This document shows positions 40,711-49,528 of a DNA stretch of 64,000 bases, one piece after another (the first letter of the stretch is position 1; each line of letters begins with the position of its first letter). Both the position numbers and the translations under genes were made by a program. The stretch lies in the IMG/VR virus record IMGVR_UViG_3300032323_000739, positions 1-64,000 of that record. The stretch is one strand, 5' to 3'. Below the pieces are notes generated by a model, which was given only the letters and a program-made list of their open reading frames with translations, was not told where the DNA came from and did not search any database. This stretch comes from a virus.

Positions 40711-41429
40711 ACATAATAATTGGACTATGCGGCCAAGGAAACCGATTTAAACAAGTAGGTTACGAATTGCCTAAATATCTTATTACGTATCATGGAGCAC
40801 CAATGATTTATCATAGTGTAGAAACTATAGGTATTAGAGGTAGAATACATTTTGTAGTAAGGAAAGAACATTTAGAACAATTTAATTTTTTAGAAAAAAT
40901 GTTGTTAGGGTTAGGAGACGAAATCATAACCATAAATGGTAACACACAAGGTGCCGCAGAAAGTTTATTATATACTAAGCCTTATATCAAAGATTTAAAT
41001 GCTCCTATGCTTAGTGTAAATGGTGACCAATTTATGGATTGGAAATCTTATCAATTTCAAGATGAAATACAACGGAATCCTGAAACAAGTTATATTGTAA
41101 CTTACAACGAAACTAGCCCTAAATGCAGTTATGTTCGAGAGGATCAAGATCGTGTTGTTGAAGTAAGAGAGAAACAAGTTATTAGTAACGACGCAACTAC
41201 GGGGTATTATCATTGGGCTCACACACATGATTTTTTTCAAGATGCTGAACAAATGATTAAAGAAGGACACAAAGAAAACGGAGAGTTTTATGTTGCTCCA
41301 GTTTATAATTATACTATTGCTAGAGGAAAAACAGTAAAAAAGTTTTCTATAAGTAATAAAGAGTTTTATCCAGTAGGCACTCCCGACGATTTAACAAAAT
41401 TTCAAAGACTAAGCACAAGGTTTGATTAA
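40707..41429 (+). CDS. Sugar-phosphate nucleotidyltransferase (NTP_transferase family)
   Basis: IIIGLCGQGNRF...GY.LPK.LI; T.GAA; NGDQ; V.EK..IS..AT.G.Y; GEFYVAPVYN; GTP.DL. Confidence 0.85.
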   Translation: MNIIIGLCGQGNRFKQVGYELPKYLITYHGAPMIYHSVETIGIRGRIHFVVRKEHLEQFNFLEKMLLGLGDEIITINGNTQGAAESLLYTKPYIKDLNAPMLSVNGDQFMDWKSYQFQDEIQRNPETSYIVTYNETSPKCSYVREDQDRVVEVREKQVISNDATTGYYHWAHTHDFFQDAEQMIKEGHKENGEFYVAPVYNYTIARGKTVKKFSISNKEFYPVGTPDDLTKFQRLSTRFD

Positions 41430-41764
41430 TGAAAAAAGCACACATTGATAACTTTATTAAAGGATGGTTCGTTGGAAATTTTGAACCTAGCCTACTTAAA
41501 GAAAATTTTGAAGTTGGTTTCCATCAGCACAAAGCAGGCGATTTTCATCAAGATCATTTTCATAAACACAGTACTGAAATTAACTTAGTAGTAGAGGGCA
41601 AAGTCAAAATAAACGGAGAAGTATTTAGGGCAGGTGACATCTTTGTTTTGGAGCCTTACGAAATTAGCCAATGCGAATATCTTACAGATGTTAAATTAGT
41701 TGTAGTACGGAATCTAAGCGACCCTAATGATAAGTTTGAAGTCCAAATAGTTGACAAAAAATAA
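41429..41764 (+). CDS. Cupin-domain protein (possible sugar epimerase/isomerase)
   Basis: GWFVGNF.P; H.H....E...V..G...ING.....GDI....P cupin motifs. Confidence 0.75.
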   Translation: MKKAHIDNFIKGWFVGNFEPSLLKENFEVGFHQHKAGDFHQDHFHKHSTEINLVVEGKVKINGEVFRAGDIFVLEPYEISQCEYLTDVKLVVVRNLSDPNDKFEVQIVDKK

Positions 41765-41779
41765 AAAATACTTTACAAT
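41751..41779 (+). promoter_or_regulatory. sigma70-type promoter TTGACA-N17-TACAAT for RLP-kinase-cyclase-SDR
   Basis: TTGACA at 41751-41756 (inside the cupin 3' end), TACAAT at 41774-41779, RBS AAAGGA at 41785-41790, ATG at 41796. Confidence 0.75.
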
Positions 41780-41795
41780 AACAGAAAGGAAAAGT

Positions 41796-43028
41796 ATGAA
41801 ATTTTTTCGAGAACTAACTCAAACAGAAAAAGATCGTTGTGTTATTGCAACATATTATATTGAAACGTATTCTGACATAGGAGATTTACGCGATGCCGCT
41901 TGGAATCTTGCTATAGGTCAAAGTGTTGGAAATCCAAAAATACGAAATCAGTGGGAAACTGATGAATTGTTTGAAAGGTCATCCTGTGTGATTTATCACA
42001 ATGAATCAGAATTAACAGGCAAGCATAGTGGCACAATTAAGATTGGATTTCCTAAAATAAACTCCGATTGGCAAGGGGATGGCATCAGTCATCTTATGTG
42101 TCAATTAATGGGCGGCCAGATGGATATTAATGTGTTTAAAGCCTGCAGATTAAAACACATTGAGTTTCCTAAAGATGTCGAACAGCAATTTTTAGGACCT
42201 CGACAAGGTATTACGGGTATTAGAAAATTTGTTAATCGCTATGACAAACCTCTGTCAGGAGCCATTGTAAAACCTAAAACTGGCATTAGTCCTGCTACTC
42301 TAGCAGACATGGTTAAAGAATTAATAGACGGCGGTGTAGATTTTATCAAGGAAGACGAGATATTGTCTAACCCTAGTTTTTGTCGTTTAGAGGATCGTGT
42401 TGAATTAATTTCTAACATTGTTAATAATTGCGGTCGTGGAGTTATCTATTGCTTCTGTATTAATGGCGATCATCATACTATTCTTGACCGTGCTAAGTTT
42501 GTAGCCAACAATGGCGGTAACGGTATTCACATTAATTTCTGGAGCGGTCTAGGAGTTTATAATTCAATACGCAGATTAGATTTTCCATTGTTTATTCATT
42601 ACCAGAAGAGTGGTGATAAGATTCTTACAGACAAACGCAACCCGTTTGGTATTGATTGGTCAGTACTGTGTGACCTTGCTGGACTATGCGGTGTAGATAC
42701 TATTCATGCGGGCATGTGGGGAGGCTATTTAAGTGACAACGAAGATGAACTTAAATACACCATGGAAACTCTGCATAAACGAAATGTTCTTCCTGCACTA
42801 AGTTGTGGCATGCATCCTGGGATTGTTAATCCAACAGCAGAAAAATTTGGTACTGATTTTCTTGCTAACTGCGGCGGCGCTATACACGGGCACCCAGACG
42901 GTACTCTAGCCGGAGCATTAGCCATGCGTCAGGCCATTGACAAAACTCCTGGAAAAGAGTTTTTGACAGCAATAGAAAAATGGGGCTATGTAGGCGGTTC
43001 CTTACCCGAGTGGGTATTAGATTTTTAA
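41796..43028 (+). CDS. RuBisCO-like protein (form IV RLP), probably non-carboxylating
   Basis: GP..GI.G.R...PL.GAIVKPKTG, GGVDFIKEDE (carbamylated Lys and metal motif), DTIHAG, SCGMHPG, GGAIHGHPDG..AGA.AMRQA. The true start is 41796; the TTG at 41751 in the ORF track is the -35 box. Confidence 0.92.
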   Translation: MKFFRELTQTEKDRCVIATYYIETYSDIGDLRDAAWNLAIGQSVGNPKIRNQWETDELFERSSCVIYHNESELTGKHSGTIKIGFPKINSDWQGDGISHLMCQLMGGQMDINVFKACRLKHIEFPKDVEQQFLGPRQGITGIRKFVNRYDKPLSGAIVKPKTGISPATLADMVKELIDGGVDFIKEDEILSNPSFCRLEDRVELISNIVNNCGRGVIYCFCINGDHHTILDRAKFVANNGGNGIHINFWSGLGVYNSIRRLDFPLFIHYQKSGDKILTDKRNPFGIDWSVLCDLAGLCGVDTIHAGMWGGYLSDNEDELKYTMETLHKRNVLPALSCGMHPGIVNPTAEKFGTDFLANCGGAIHGHPDGTLAGALAMRQAIDKTPGKEFLTAIEKWGYVGGSLPEWVLDF

Positions 43029-43029
43029 T

Positions 43030-43989
43030 ATGGATATAATTGAACTAAAAGGCGGTAGTTTAAATTCAACTTGTTTATATGTTGACGGTGATCGCAAATT
43101 TGTAAGAAAAACTATTTCGACTACTGCCGATAGAGAATACGGCTATGTACGTTGGTACAGTCAATTAAAAAAATTACAAAGATTTAATCAGATAATTCCC
43201 CAGCACGTTCCTCGAGTTCTGGATGCTGGTGTGTGTGATAAAGGTGCATATTTTGACATTGAATATATTGATGCTAAAGATATTAAAACACTGTTTAAAG
43301 AAAATTTACTAGATGCCCACCAGACTGAAAAAATGCATCAACAGTTGTGGCAAGCGTTTGATACTTTACATCAACACACTTATCAACCAAACATTAGTAG
43401 TTTAAAACTTTATTTTCAGGAAGAAGTTTTACAAAAAATTAATGATGCTAGACAGTTTTCAGAGTTTGAAAACTTTTATCAAATGGATGTCTATGTACAT
43501 TGGGGAGAAACATTTAGTGGTATTAAACATAAATTAGAACAATTATCTAAGTTGTTTGATCAAGTTATAACTACAGAAAGTTACGTACACGGAAATCCAA
43601 CGCTAGAAAATATTCTTTACAGCGAAGAAACAGGTATAGTGTTTATTGACTTATATGAAGAAGGTATTGTAGACAGCAAGTTTATGGACTATAGTCAGAT
43701 ACTACAATGTAGTAGCAGTTACTACGGTATTCTTAATGACAGTGTGATACGTGTAAAAGGAAACGTTACAGGATTCGACACTAAGTTTCCAAAAAATTTA
43801 TTGTACTTCGATAAACTGTTTAATGAAGAATTAGAGCGTAGATTTACAAATCAGGAATATTTGTTGATAAGATTATTTGAAGCCACACAGTTTTTTCGTA
43901 TGTTGCCGTTTAAATGTCACGCTGGAAACATAGAAGCGGCAAAGTTTTTTTATGCTCATGCTTGCGCTCTCGTAAATAAACTATTATGA
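43030..43989 (+). CDS. Aminoglycoside-phosphotransferase/choline-kinase-like kinase
   Basis: LKGGS glycine loop, VRK, P.V, IEYI, Brenner-like HGNPTLENIL, FIDL. Confidence 0.7.
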   Translation: MDIIELKGGSLNSTCLYVDGDRKFVRKTISTTADREYGYVRWYSQLKKLQRFNQIIPQHVPRVLDAGVCDKGAYFDIEYIDAKDIKTLFKENLLDAHQTEKMHQQLWQAFDTLHQHTYQPNISSLKLYFQEEVLQKINDARQFSEFENFYQMDVYVHWGETFSGIKHKLEQLSKLFDQVITTESYVHGNPTLENILYSEETGIVFIDLYEEGIVDSKFMDYSQILQCSSSYYGILNDSVIRVKGNVTGFDTKFPKNLLYFDKLFNEELERRFTNQEYLLIRLFEATQFFRMLPFKCHAGNIEAAKFFYAHACALVNKLL

Positions 43990-45047
43990 CATGGCGTGTA
44001 AAGACTACCCTTCCTGTAGAGTTTGATATAGTCAAAGTACCTAATGCATTGGATTGGGACATAATTCCCGGTCAGCGTAGAATAGCCGTGGTTGATGAAA
44101 CAGTCTATGCTTTGTACAAAGACAAAATTCCCGCTGGCACAGAGATTTTTACAGTACGCAGTACAGAATCTGAAAAAGATTGGAAAAACGCCGAACGTGT
44201 TTTACAGTTTTTTCAAGATATAAAATTACTACGGAGAGAAACGGTTATTGCTGTAGGCGGTGGAGTTCTTTTAGACTTAGTAGGATTTTGTTGCAGTATA
44301 TATCGTAGAGGTGTTCCTTATGTTAGAATACCAACTACACTATTGGCTATTGTTGATGCTAGTGTAGGTGCAAAAACAAGCATTAATCATTTTGGGTTTA
44401 GAAATAGAATTGGTAGTTTTTATCCACCGACATTGACATTAATTGATAAGTCTTTTATTAAAACACAAGATCACAGAGAAATATCAAACGGCATGGCAGA
44501 AATTTTAAAGTTAGCCATAGTTCTTGATTATCAATTATTTGAATTAATTGAACTTAATCCGCAGGAATTACTAAGACTTAAATTTCAAAATTATGTGTTA
44601 GCAGATAAAATAATTGATCGTGCAATTTCGGGTATGACTGAAGAACTGAATGATAATCTTTGGGAACGAGACTTACAGCGTCCTGTAGATTTTGGACATA
44701 CATTTAGTCCTATGGTTGAAATGAAAAATGTTCCTAATTTGTTACATGGTGAAGCAGTAATGTTAGATTGTCTTTTAAGTGCTTGTATTAGTAATTTAAG
44801 AGGATATATCAGCAACGATCATTTACACCGTATTTTTAAAACTGTTCGCAGTTGTGACTTGCCTACAGAACACAAAGATTTTTATAATGTTGACCTGCTG
44901 TGGGCAGGTTTACAAGATGTAATGAACCATCGCAATGGTAATCAATATATACCTGTTCCTATAAGTATTGGCCGTTGCGAAATTATCAATGACGTAACAC
45001 GCAGTGAAATAGAACAGGCCTGCGACCGAATGAGAAGTATGCAATGA
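43986..45047 (+). CDS. Sedoheptulose 7-phosphate cyclase, 2-epi-5-epi-valiolone synthase (EEVS)-type (DHQS superfamily)
   Basis: GGGVLLDLVGF..SIYRRG.PY..IPTTL...DAS.G.K; metal ligands in AEILK, FGHTF and LHGEAV; EEVS-type MTEEL..NLWE...R.VDFGH. Confidence 0.82.
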   Translation: MTWRVKTTLPVEFDIVKVPNALDWDIIPGQRRIAVVDETVYALYKDKIPAGTEIFTVRSTESEKDWKNAERVLQFFQDIKLLRRETVIAVGGGVLLDLVGFCCSIYRRGVPYVRIPTTLLAIVDASVGAKTSINHFGFRNRIGSFYPPTLTLIDKSFIKTQDHREISNGMAEILKLAIVLDYQLFELIELNPQELLRLKFQNYVLADKIIDRAISGMTEELNDNLWERDLQRPVDFGHTFSPMVEMKNVPNLLHGEAVMLDCLLSACISNLRGYISNDHLHRIFKTVRSCDLPTEHKDFYNVDLLWAGLQDVMNHRNGNQYIPVPISIGRCEIINDVTRSEIEQACDRMRSMQ

Positions 45048-45718
45048 AAACAGTATTAATTACAGGTTCTAGTCGAGGGCTAGGTAAAGCACTGACAGAA
45101 ACATTTTTACAAAATGGATGGAAAGTTGTTGGAGTTAGTAGAACAGATTTAAAGAGTTATGACAACTATACACACATAGTTGCTGATGTGGCTAATATTG
45201 GCCAAGTCCATACTGCATTTGATCTACTTAAAAAAACTAAAACTAAAATTGATGTGTTAATAAACAATACGGCTGCTTTTCATATGGGCGACTTTGCAGA
45301 TTCAAAATATTTTGATATTGCGAATGTTATTGATACTAATGTAAAAGGCACAATGTATGTGACTAATCAAGCGTTAACAATAATGGAGCCAGGTTCAAAA
45401 GTTGTTTTTGTTAACAGTGTAGCAGGACTAAGAGAAATTCAACATCAGAGCATTTACTGTGCCAGCAAGGCTGCTTTAAAAAGTTTTGCCGGAGTGTTAG
45501 GCCAAGAACTTAGACAGAGGGGTATAAAAGTATCTAGTATACATCCAGGCGGCATTAACACAACCTTATGGAATGAAAATAATCCATATCCTTGCGGTGA
45601 TGTTACTAACGCTTTAGATCCACACCATCTTTCAGAAATGATCTATCGCATCTCGTCTGATACTAGTAATACTGAATACAAAACTATAACAATGTTTCCT
45701 GAAGTGGAGTGGCACTAA
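45044..45718 (+). CDS. Classical short-chain dehydrogenase/reductase
   Basis: TGSSRGLG, DVLINN, NSVAG, YCASK, HPGG..T. Confidence 0.9.
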   Translation: MKTVLITGSSRGLGKALTETFLQNGWKVVGVSRTDLKSYDNYTHIVADVANIGQVHTAFDLLKKTKTKIDVLINNTAAFHMGDFADSKYFDIANVIDTNVKGTMYVTNQALTIMEPGSKVVFVNSVAGLREIQHQSIYCASKAALKSFAGVLGQELRQRGIKVSSIHPGGINTTLWNENNPYPCGDVTNALDPHHLSEMIYRISSDTSNTEYKTITMFPEVEWH

Positions 45719-46413
45719 TGTACGACATAGTGTTTATCAGTTACGGTGAGCCTAATGCAGAAGCCAATTGGGAACGATTAAAAAATAGATATCCCTTGGC
45801 TAAACGTGTTACCAATGTGGCAGGAATTCATCAAGCACATATTGCCGCGGCTAAAAAAGCCTTTACTAAAATGGTTTGGGTAGTGGATGGCGATGCAGAG
45901 GTATTACCTACATTTAATTTTGACTACGAAGTTAGCGAATGGGATTTAGATGTAGTACATGTATGGCGCAGTCGTAATCCTATAAATGATTTAGAATACG
46001 GGTACGGCGGAGTAAAACTATTGCCACGTAAGTTAACGCTGGATATGGATATTTCTAAACCAGACATGACTACCAGTATTAGTACAAAATTTAAAGCAAT
46101 GGCTGAAGTTAGTAATATTACTGCTTTTAACACTGATCCGTTTAATACTTGGAAGAGTGCGTTTCGCGAGTGCGTTAAGTTAGCCAGTAAAGTTATAGAT
46201 GGACAAGTTGACACTGAAACTGAGCATAGGTTATTAGAGTGGTGTACCCCACACGTAGATAGATTGCACGGTAACTGGGCGTTTCTTGGCGCAGAGGATG
46301 GCAAAATGTACGGCATGCAAAAGGCCGGAGATTTAAAAGCACTAGGTAAAATAAATGATTTTGAATGGCTACGACAATTCTTTTCAAGATATCCCGTTCC
46401 ACCAAATAGTTAA
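45718..46413 (+). CDS. GT-A glycosyltransferase-like protein, paralog of 34247-35143
   Basis: DIVFISY.EPNA...GIH.AH..AA....WVVDGDA; TAATG coupling to the SDR. Confidence 0.65.
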   Translation: MYDIVFISYGEPNAEANWERLKNRYPLAKRVTNVAGIHQAHIAAAKKAFTKMVWVVDGDAEVLPTFNFDYEVSEWDLDVVHVWRSRNPINDLEYGYGGVKLLPRKLTLDMDISKPDMTTSISTKFKAMAEVSNITAFNTDPFNTWKSAFRECVKLASKVIDGQVDTETEHRLLEWCTPHVDRLHGNWAFLGAEDGKMYGMQKAGDLKALGKINDFEWLRQFFSRYPVPPNS

Positions 46414-47353
46414 ATTTGGTCAACGCACTATGCTTGAACGACCTTTGTTCAACGTAAGTTGGATACTAGGTCGTTTTTGTAATTATAATTGTAGTTACTG
46501 CTGGCCCTATGCTAGAAGTGATAAATTGGATCATCTAGATTATGAAACTTATACAAACACCGTTGACGAAATAAAACGTCAGGCACGTGAACAAGGCTTC
46601 ACTGATTTTCATTGGAGTTTTAGTGGCGGCGAACCTACAGCATATAAACGATTATTAGATTTAGTTAAACATTTAGACGATGGAGTAAAATCTCCTTATC
46701 AAAGTATCCACATGACTACTAATCTTAGTCCAGGAAGTAAGTGGTGGGGCACCTGGTGTAAAAATACTGAGATGCTACAACGCAGAAGTTTAACAGCCAG
46801 TTTCCATACAGAATTTGCACGTGAACAAGAATTTGGAGACAAATGTCTACAATTAAATTACGAAGGTGTTCATGTAACAGTAAATCAGGTAATGGTTCCA
46901 GAATTGTTCTGGGACACCTATGCACGATGCGAACGTCTATACAAACGAGGTATAAATGTAACACTAAAACCTCAAAGCGATCCTACGGCTAGTTTTGTAG
47001 TCAGTGGTTACGATGACAAAATGTTAGAGGTTATGCAAACAGGATTTCCGCAATTATCGAGTGGCGAGCAGTTGTATCAGGTAGCATTATTTGACGAGTT
47101 AGGGCACGAATATTTGTTTGATCAAGCCGAAAGATTTAACGCATTTGGTTTTAACAAATTTCAAAATTGGACTTGCAATGCTGGCTATCAAAGTGTTATA
47201 ATAAGAAGCAACGAAGTTAAACGTAGTTATAGTTGTCACGATGAATCATTAGGAACTTTGATAAGCGGATTTAAATTATTTGACAGTCCTAAAAAATGTA
47301 TAACTCCAACTTGTGTTAGTTCGGCAGATAGTAAAATACCAAAAATAAAATGA
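46355..47353 (+). CDS. Radical SAM protein
   Basis: CNYNCSYC, SGGEPT; C-terminal CNAG...SC...C....C Cys cluster. Confidence 0.85.
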   Translation: MILNGYDNSFQDIPFHQIVKFGQRTMLERPLFNVSWILGRFCNYNCSYCWPYARSDKLDHLDYETYTNTVDEIKRQAREQGFTDFHWSFSGGEPTAYKRLLDLVKHLDDGVKSPYQSIHMTTNLSPGSKWWGTWCKNTEMLQRRSLTASFHTEFAREQEFGDKCLQLNYEGVHVTVNQVMVPELFWDTYARCERLYKRGINVTLKPQSDPTASFVVSGYDDKMLEVMQTGFPQLSSGEQLYQVALFDELGHEYLFDQAERFNAFGFNKFQNWTCNAGYQSVIIRSNEVKRSYSCHDESLGTLISGFKLFDSPKKCITPTCVSSADSKIPKIK

Positions 47354-48021
47354 AAAGATTAATAGCGTTCGGAGATTCCATGACCTATGGTGTAGGATTA
47401 GAAGATTGCTGGCCGGATACCGAGAAACCTAGTAAGCACTGTTGGCCCGAAATAATTGCGTCGACACTTGGAAGAAAATGCATTAACAAATCAGTGCCAG
47501 GGTCTAGTAACAAACGAATATGGTATTCTATATCTAAGTTTAAATTCCGTTCAGACGATTTGGTATTAATTTTATGGACATATCCTGATAGAACTGCGGT
47601 TATTCGAACTCCCTTTAATATAACAAATTTATTGCCTAGTCAAGTAGGCAATAGTTATGGAGAAGTAGAAATAATGGCACGTAGTTATTATGAAAATCTT
47701 CATGCTTTCTATGATTCTGATGTCGCAAGCAAACTTTATATAAGAGATGCTACTAGAAAAATAAAAGATCTGGGACTAGAGTTTTATCAGATGATTGCTG
47801 AGCCTCGAGATAAGTTTTTATTTGAAAATATAGAACATATTTCGCTATTCATGAGTAACTATGAAAGAAATTATAATAAAGCCCTAGACGACAATCATGC
47901 CGGACCCGACGGTCACAAAGCATTTGCTCGAGATTTTTTAAAATATATAAATGTTGATACAGATTTAGTTGCTCCTAAACCTTTAAGTTTTTTTGAAAAG
48001 ATTAAAAAAAGATGCAGATAG
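47350..48021 (+). CDS. SGNH/GDSL-fold protein
   Basis: FGDSMTYG, PGSSN.RI, WT..DR, D.NH.G..GH..FA. Confidence 0.65.
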   Translation: MKRLIAFGDSMTYGVGLEDCWPDTEKPSKHCWPEIIASTLGRKCINKSVPGSSNKRIWYSISKFKFRSDDLVLILWTYPDRTAVIRTPFNITNLLPSQVGNSYGEVEIMARSYYENLHAFYDSDVASKLYIRDATRKIKDLGLEFYQMIAEPRDKFLFENIEHISLFMSNYERNYNKALDDNHAGPDGHKAFARDFLKYINVDTDLVAPKPLSFFEKIKKRCR

Positions 48022-48602
48022 ATACAGAACATTTACACCACTGGATGAGAGCAATTCGATCTAGCAAAGATCCTATACGTACCATGGATGCTTTTTGGAG
48101 AGGCCAAATTCTTAGTAAAGAATGGTTAATAGACAATATTAAACCGTTTGTCAATCAAGAAGTGTCTATAGACATACATGGCGGGTGGGTAGGAGTGTTA
48201 TCTAGTATGTTGTTTCAATCTGGCTTATCTATTAAACATATTCGTAGTATCGACATAGATCCAGACTGCAAGGATATAGCATCTAATATGAATCAGATAG
48301 AACTAGAACAAGGAAGATTTAGAGCTGTCACAGCAGATATGTGTACTATTCGCAGTGATGCAGATATTATAATTAATACTAGTTGTGAACACATTACACA
48401 AGATCAATACGACACTTGGTCAATAGGACATCCTAACAACAGTCTATTGGTATTACAGAGCAACAACTACAGCATTCCTGAACACGTTAGGCCTGCTCAA
48501 GATTTAGAAGAATTTAAATCTCAATGTGATGTAAATGTATTATGGGCAGGAGAATTAGAACTACCCCTGTACAAGCGATTTATGATTATAGGAACTAGAT
48601 GA
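48012..48602 (+). CDS. Class I SAM-dependent methyltransferase-like protein
   Basis: IHGGWVG motif I, SIDIDP, ADM, IINTSCEH. Confidence 0.65.
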   Translation: MQIDTEHLHHWMRAIRSSKDPIRTMDAFWRGQILSKEWLIDNIKPFVNQEVSIDIHGGWVGVLSSMLFQSGLSIKHIRSIDIDPDCKDIASNMNQIELEQGRFRAVTADMCTIRSDADIIINTSCEHITQDQYDTWSIGHPNNSLLVLQSNNYSIPEHVRPAQDLEEFKSQCDVNVLWAGELELPLYKRFMIIGTR

Positions 48603-49468
48603 TGAACAAACATTTTATTGAAATAGCACAATTTTACATGACTAATGTTTGTAATCTTACCTGTAATAATTGCTGTACTTTCAATAATAGAAGATTTTCG
48701 GGACACTATAAATTTAACGATTATCGAGATCATTATATTGAGTGGTCAAAAAAAGTTGATTTAGATTTTATGAGTATCCTAGGTGGAGAACCGTATGCTA
48801 ATCCAGATTTACCAAATTGGATAGATGGTCTCAGATCCTGCTGGCCAGATAACAAAAATTTTAGTATTTGTACAAACGGATCTTATCTCTCTACCTTCAA
48901 AGAATTGTCAAGAGATGCAATAAAAAAGGGATTATGGTTAGAAATAAATGTTCACGATCCTAATCAATATGATGATATTAAAAACAATTTGTTAGAAATT
49001 ATCAGTGTCTTTAATTATGAAGAAAAAGTTATACCTGATAAATTTCATGTAGATCATCTTGAATACTATGCTGACGGTATAAAAATAGCTCAAATAGTCA
49101 AATATTATAATTTTTTTAATTCAGCAACTACAGAGATTAAAAATAGAGTAACGTATTTTCATAATAGTAATCCAGAAATTGCTCACAGTGCTTGTTCAGC
49201 ATTTGATTGTCATTATTTTGTAAGAGGCGAACTTTATAAATGTTTTTTAACAGCAGTGGGAAGAGATTTAAATCAGCAATTTTTGATAGAGGATCGTGCT
49301 AAAACTCTTCTAGAAAACTATCAGGCCTGCTCACCGTGGTCTTCGGACGAACAAATTAAACAATTTATGAACAATATTAAAACCCCAATATCTCAATGTA
49401 GTCTTTGTCCAGAAAAATTAAATTTACAGCCTATATGGCCTTTAGAAAAGACCAAAATTAAATTGTAG
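48599..49468 (+). CDS. Radical SAM protein
   Basis: CNLTCNNC, LGGEP, TNG; C-terminal C...C....G.LYKC and C..CP. Confidence 0.85.
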   Translation: MMNKHFIEIAQFYMTNVCNLTCNNCCTFNNRRFSGHYKFNDYRDHYIEWSKKVDLDFMSILGGEPYANPDLPNWIDGLRSCWPDNKNFSICTNGSYLSTFKELSRDAIKKGLWLEINVHDPNQYDDIKNNLLEIISVFNYEEKVIPDKFHVDHLEYYADGIKIAQIVKYYNFFNSATTEIKNRVTYFHNSNPEIAHSACSAFDCHYFVRGELYKCFLTAVGRDLNQQFLIEDRAKTLLENYQACSPWSSDEQIKQFMNNIKTPISQCSLCPEKLNLQPIWPLEKTKIKL

Positions 49469-49471
49469 TCA

Positions 49472-49507
49472 AAACAACCTATGTAGAATGATAGGTTTGT
49501 TTAAATA
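49472..49507 (+). promoter_or_regulatory. Weak hairpin followed by a TAAATA late-promoter-like motif before the epimerase gene
   Basis: AAACAACCTAT-GTAGAATG-ATAGGTT(T)GTTT; TAAATA at 49502-49507; RBS AAGGA at about 49517. Confidence 0.35.
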
Positions 49508-49528
49508 TCATGAACCAAGGAATATTCT

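Noticed and set aside
41751-43028. RuBisCO as a CO2-fixation auxiliary metabolic gene, and the 425-aa TTG start
   Set aside because: The E60, N123, H294, R295 and K334 equivalents appear absent, and there is no small subunit or PRK nearby. The TTG is the -35 box, and the RBS supports ATG 41796.
43986-45047. aroB (shikimate pathway) or a mycosporine/gadusol sunscreen cluster
   Set aside because: The motifs are EEVS-type rather than DHQS or DDGS, and no other aro genes, ATP-grasp MysC/D or adjacent MT-Ox genes are present.
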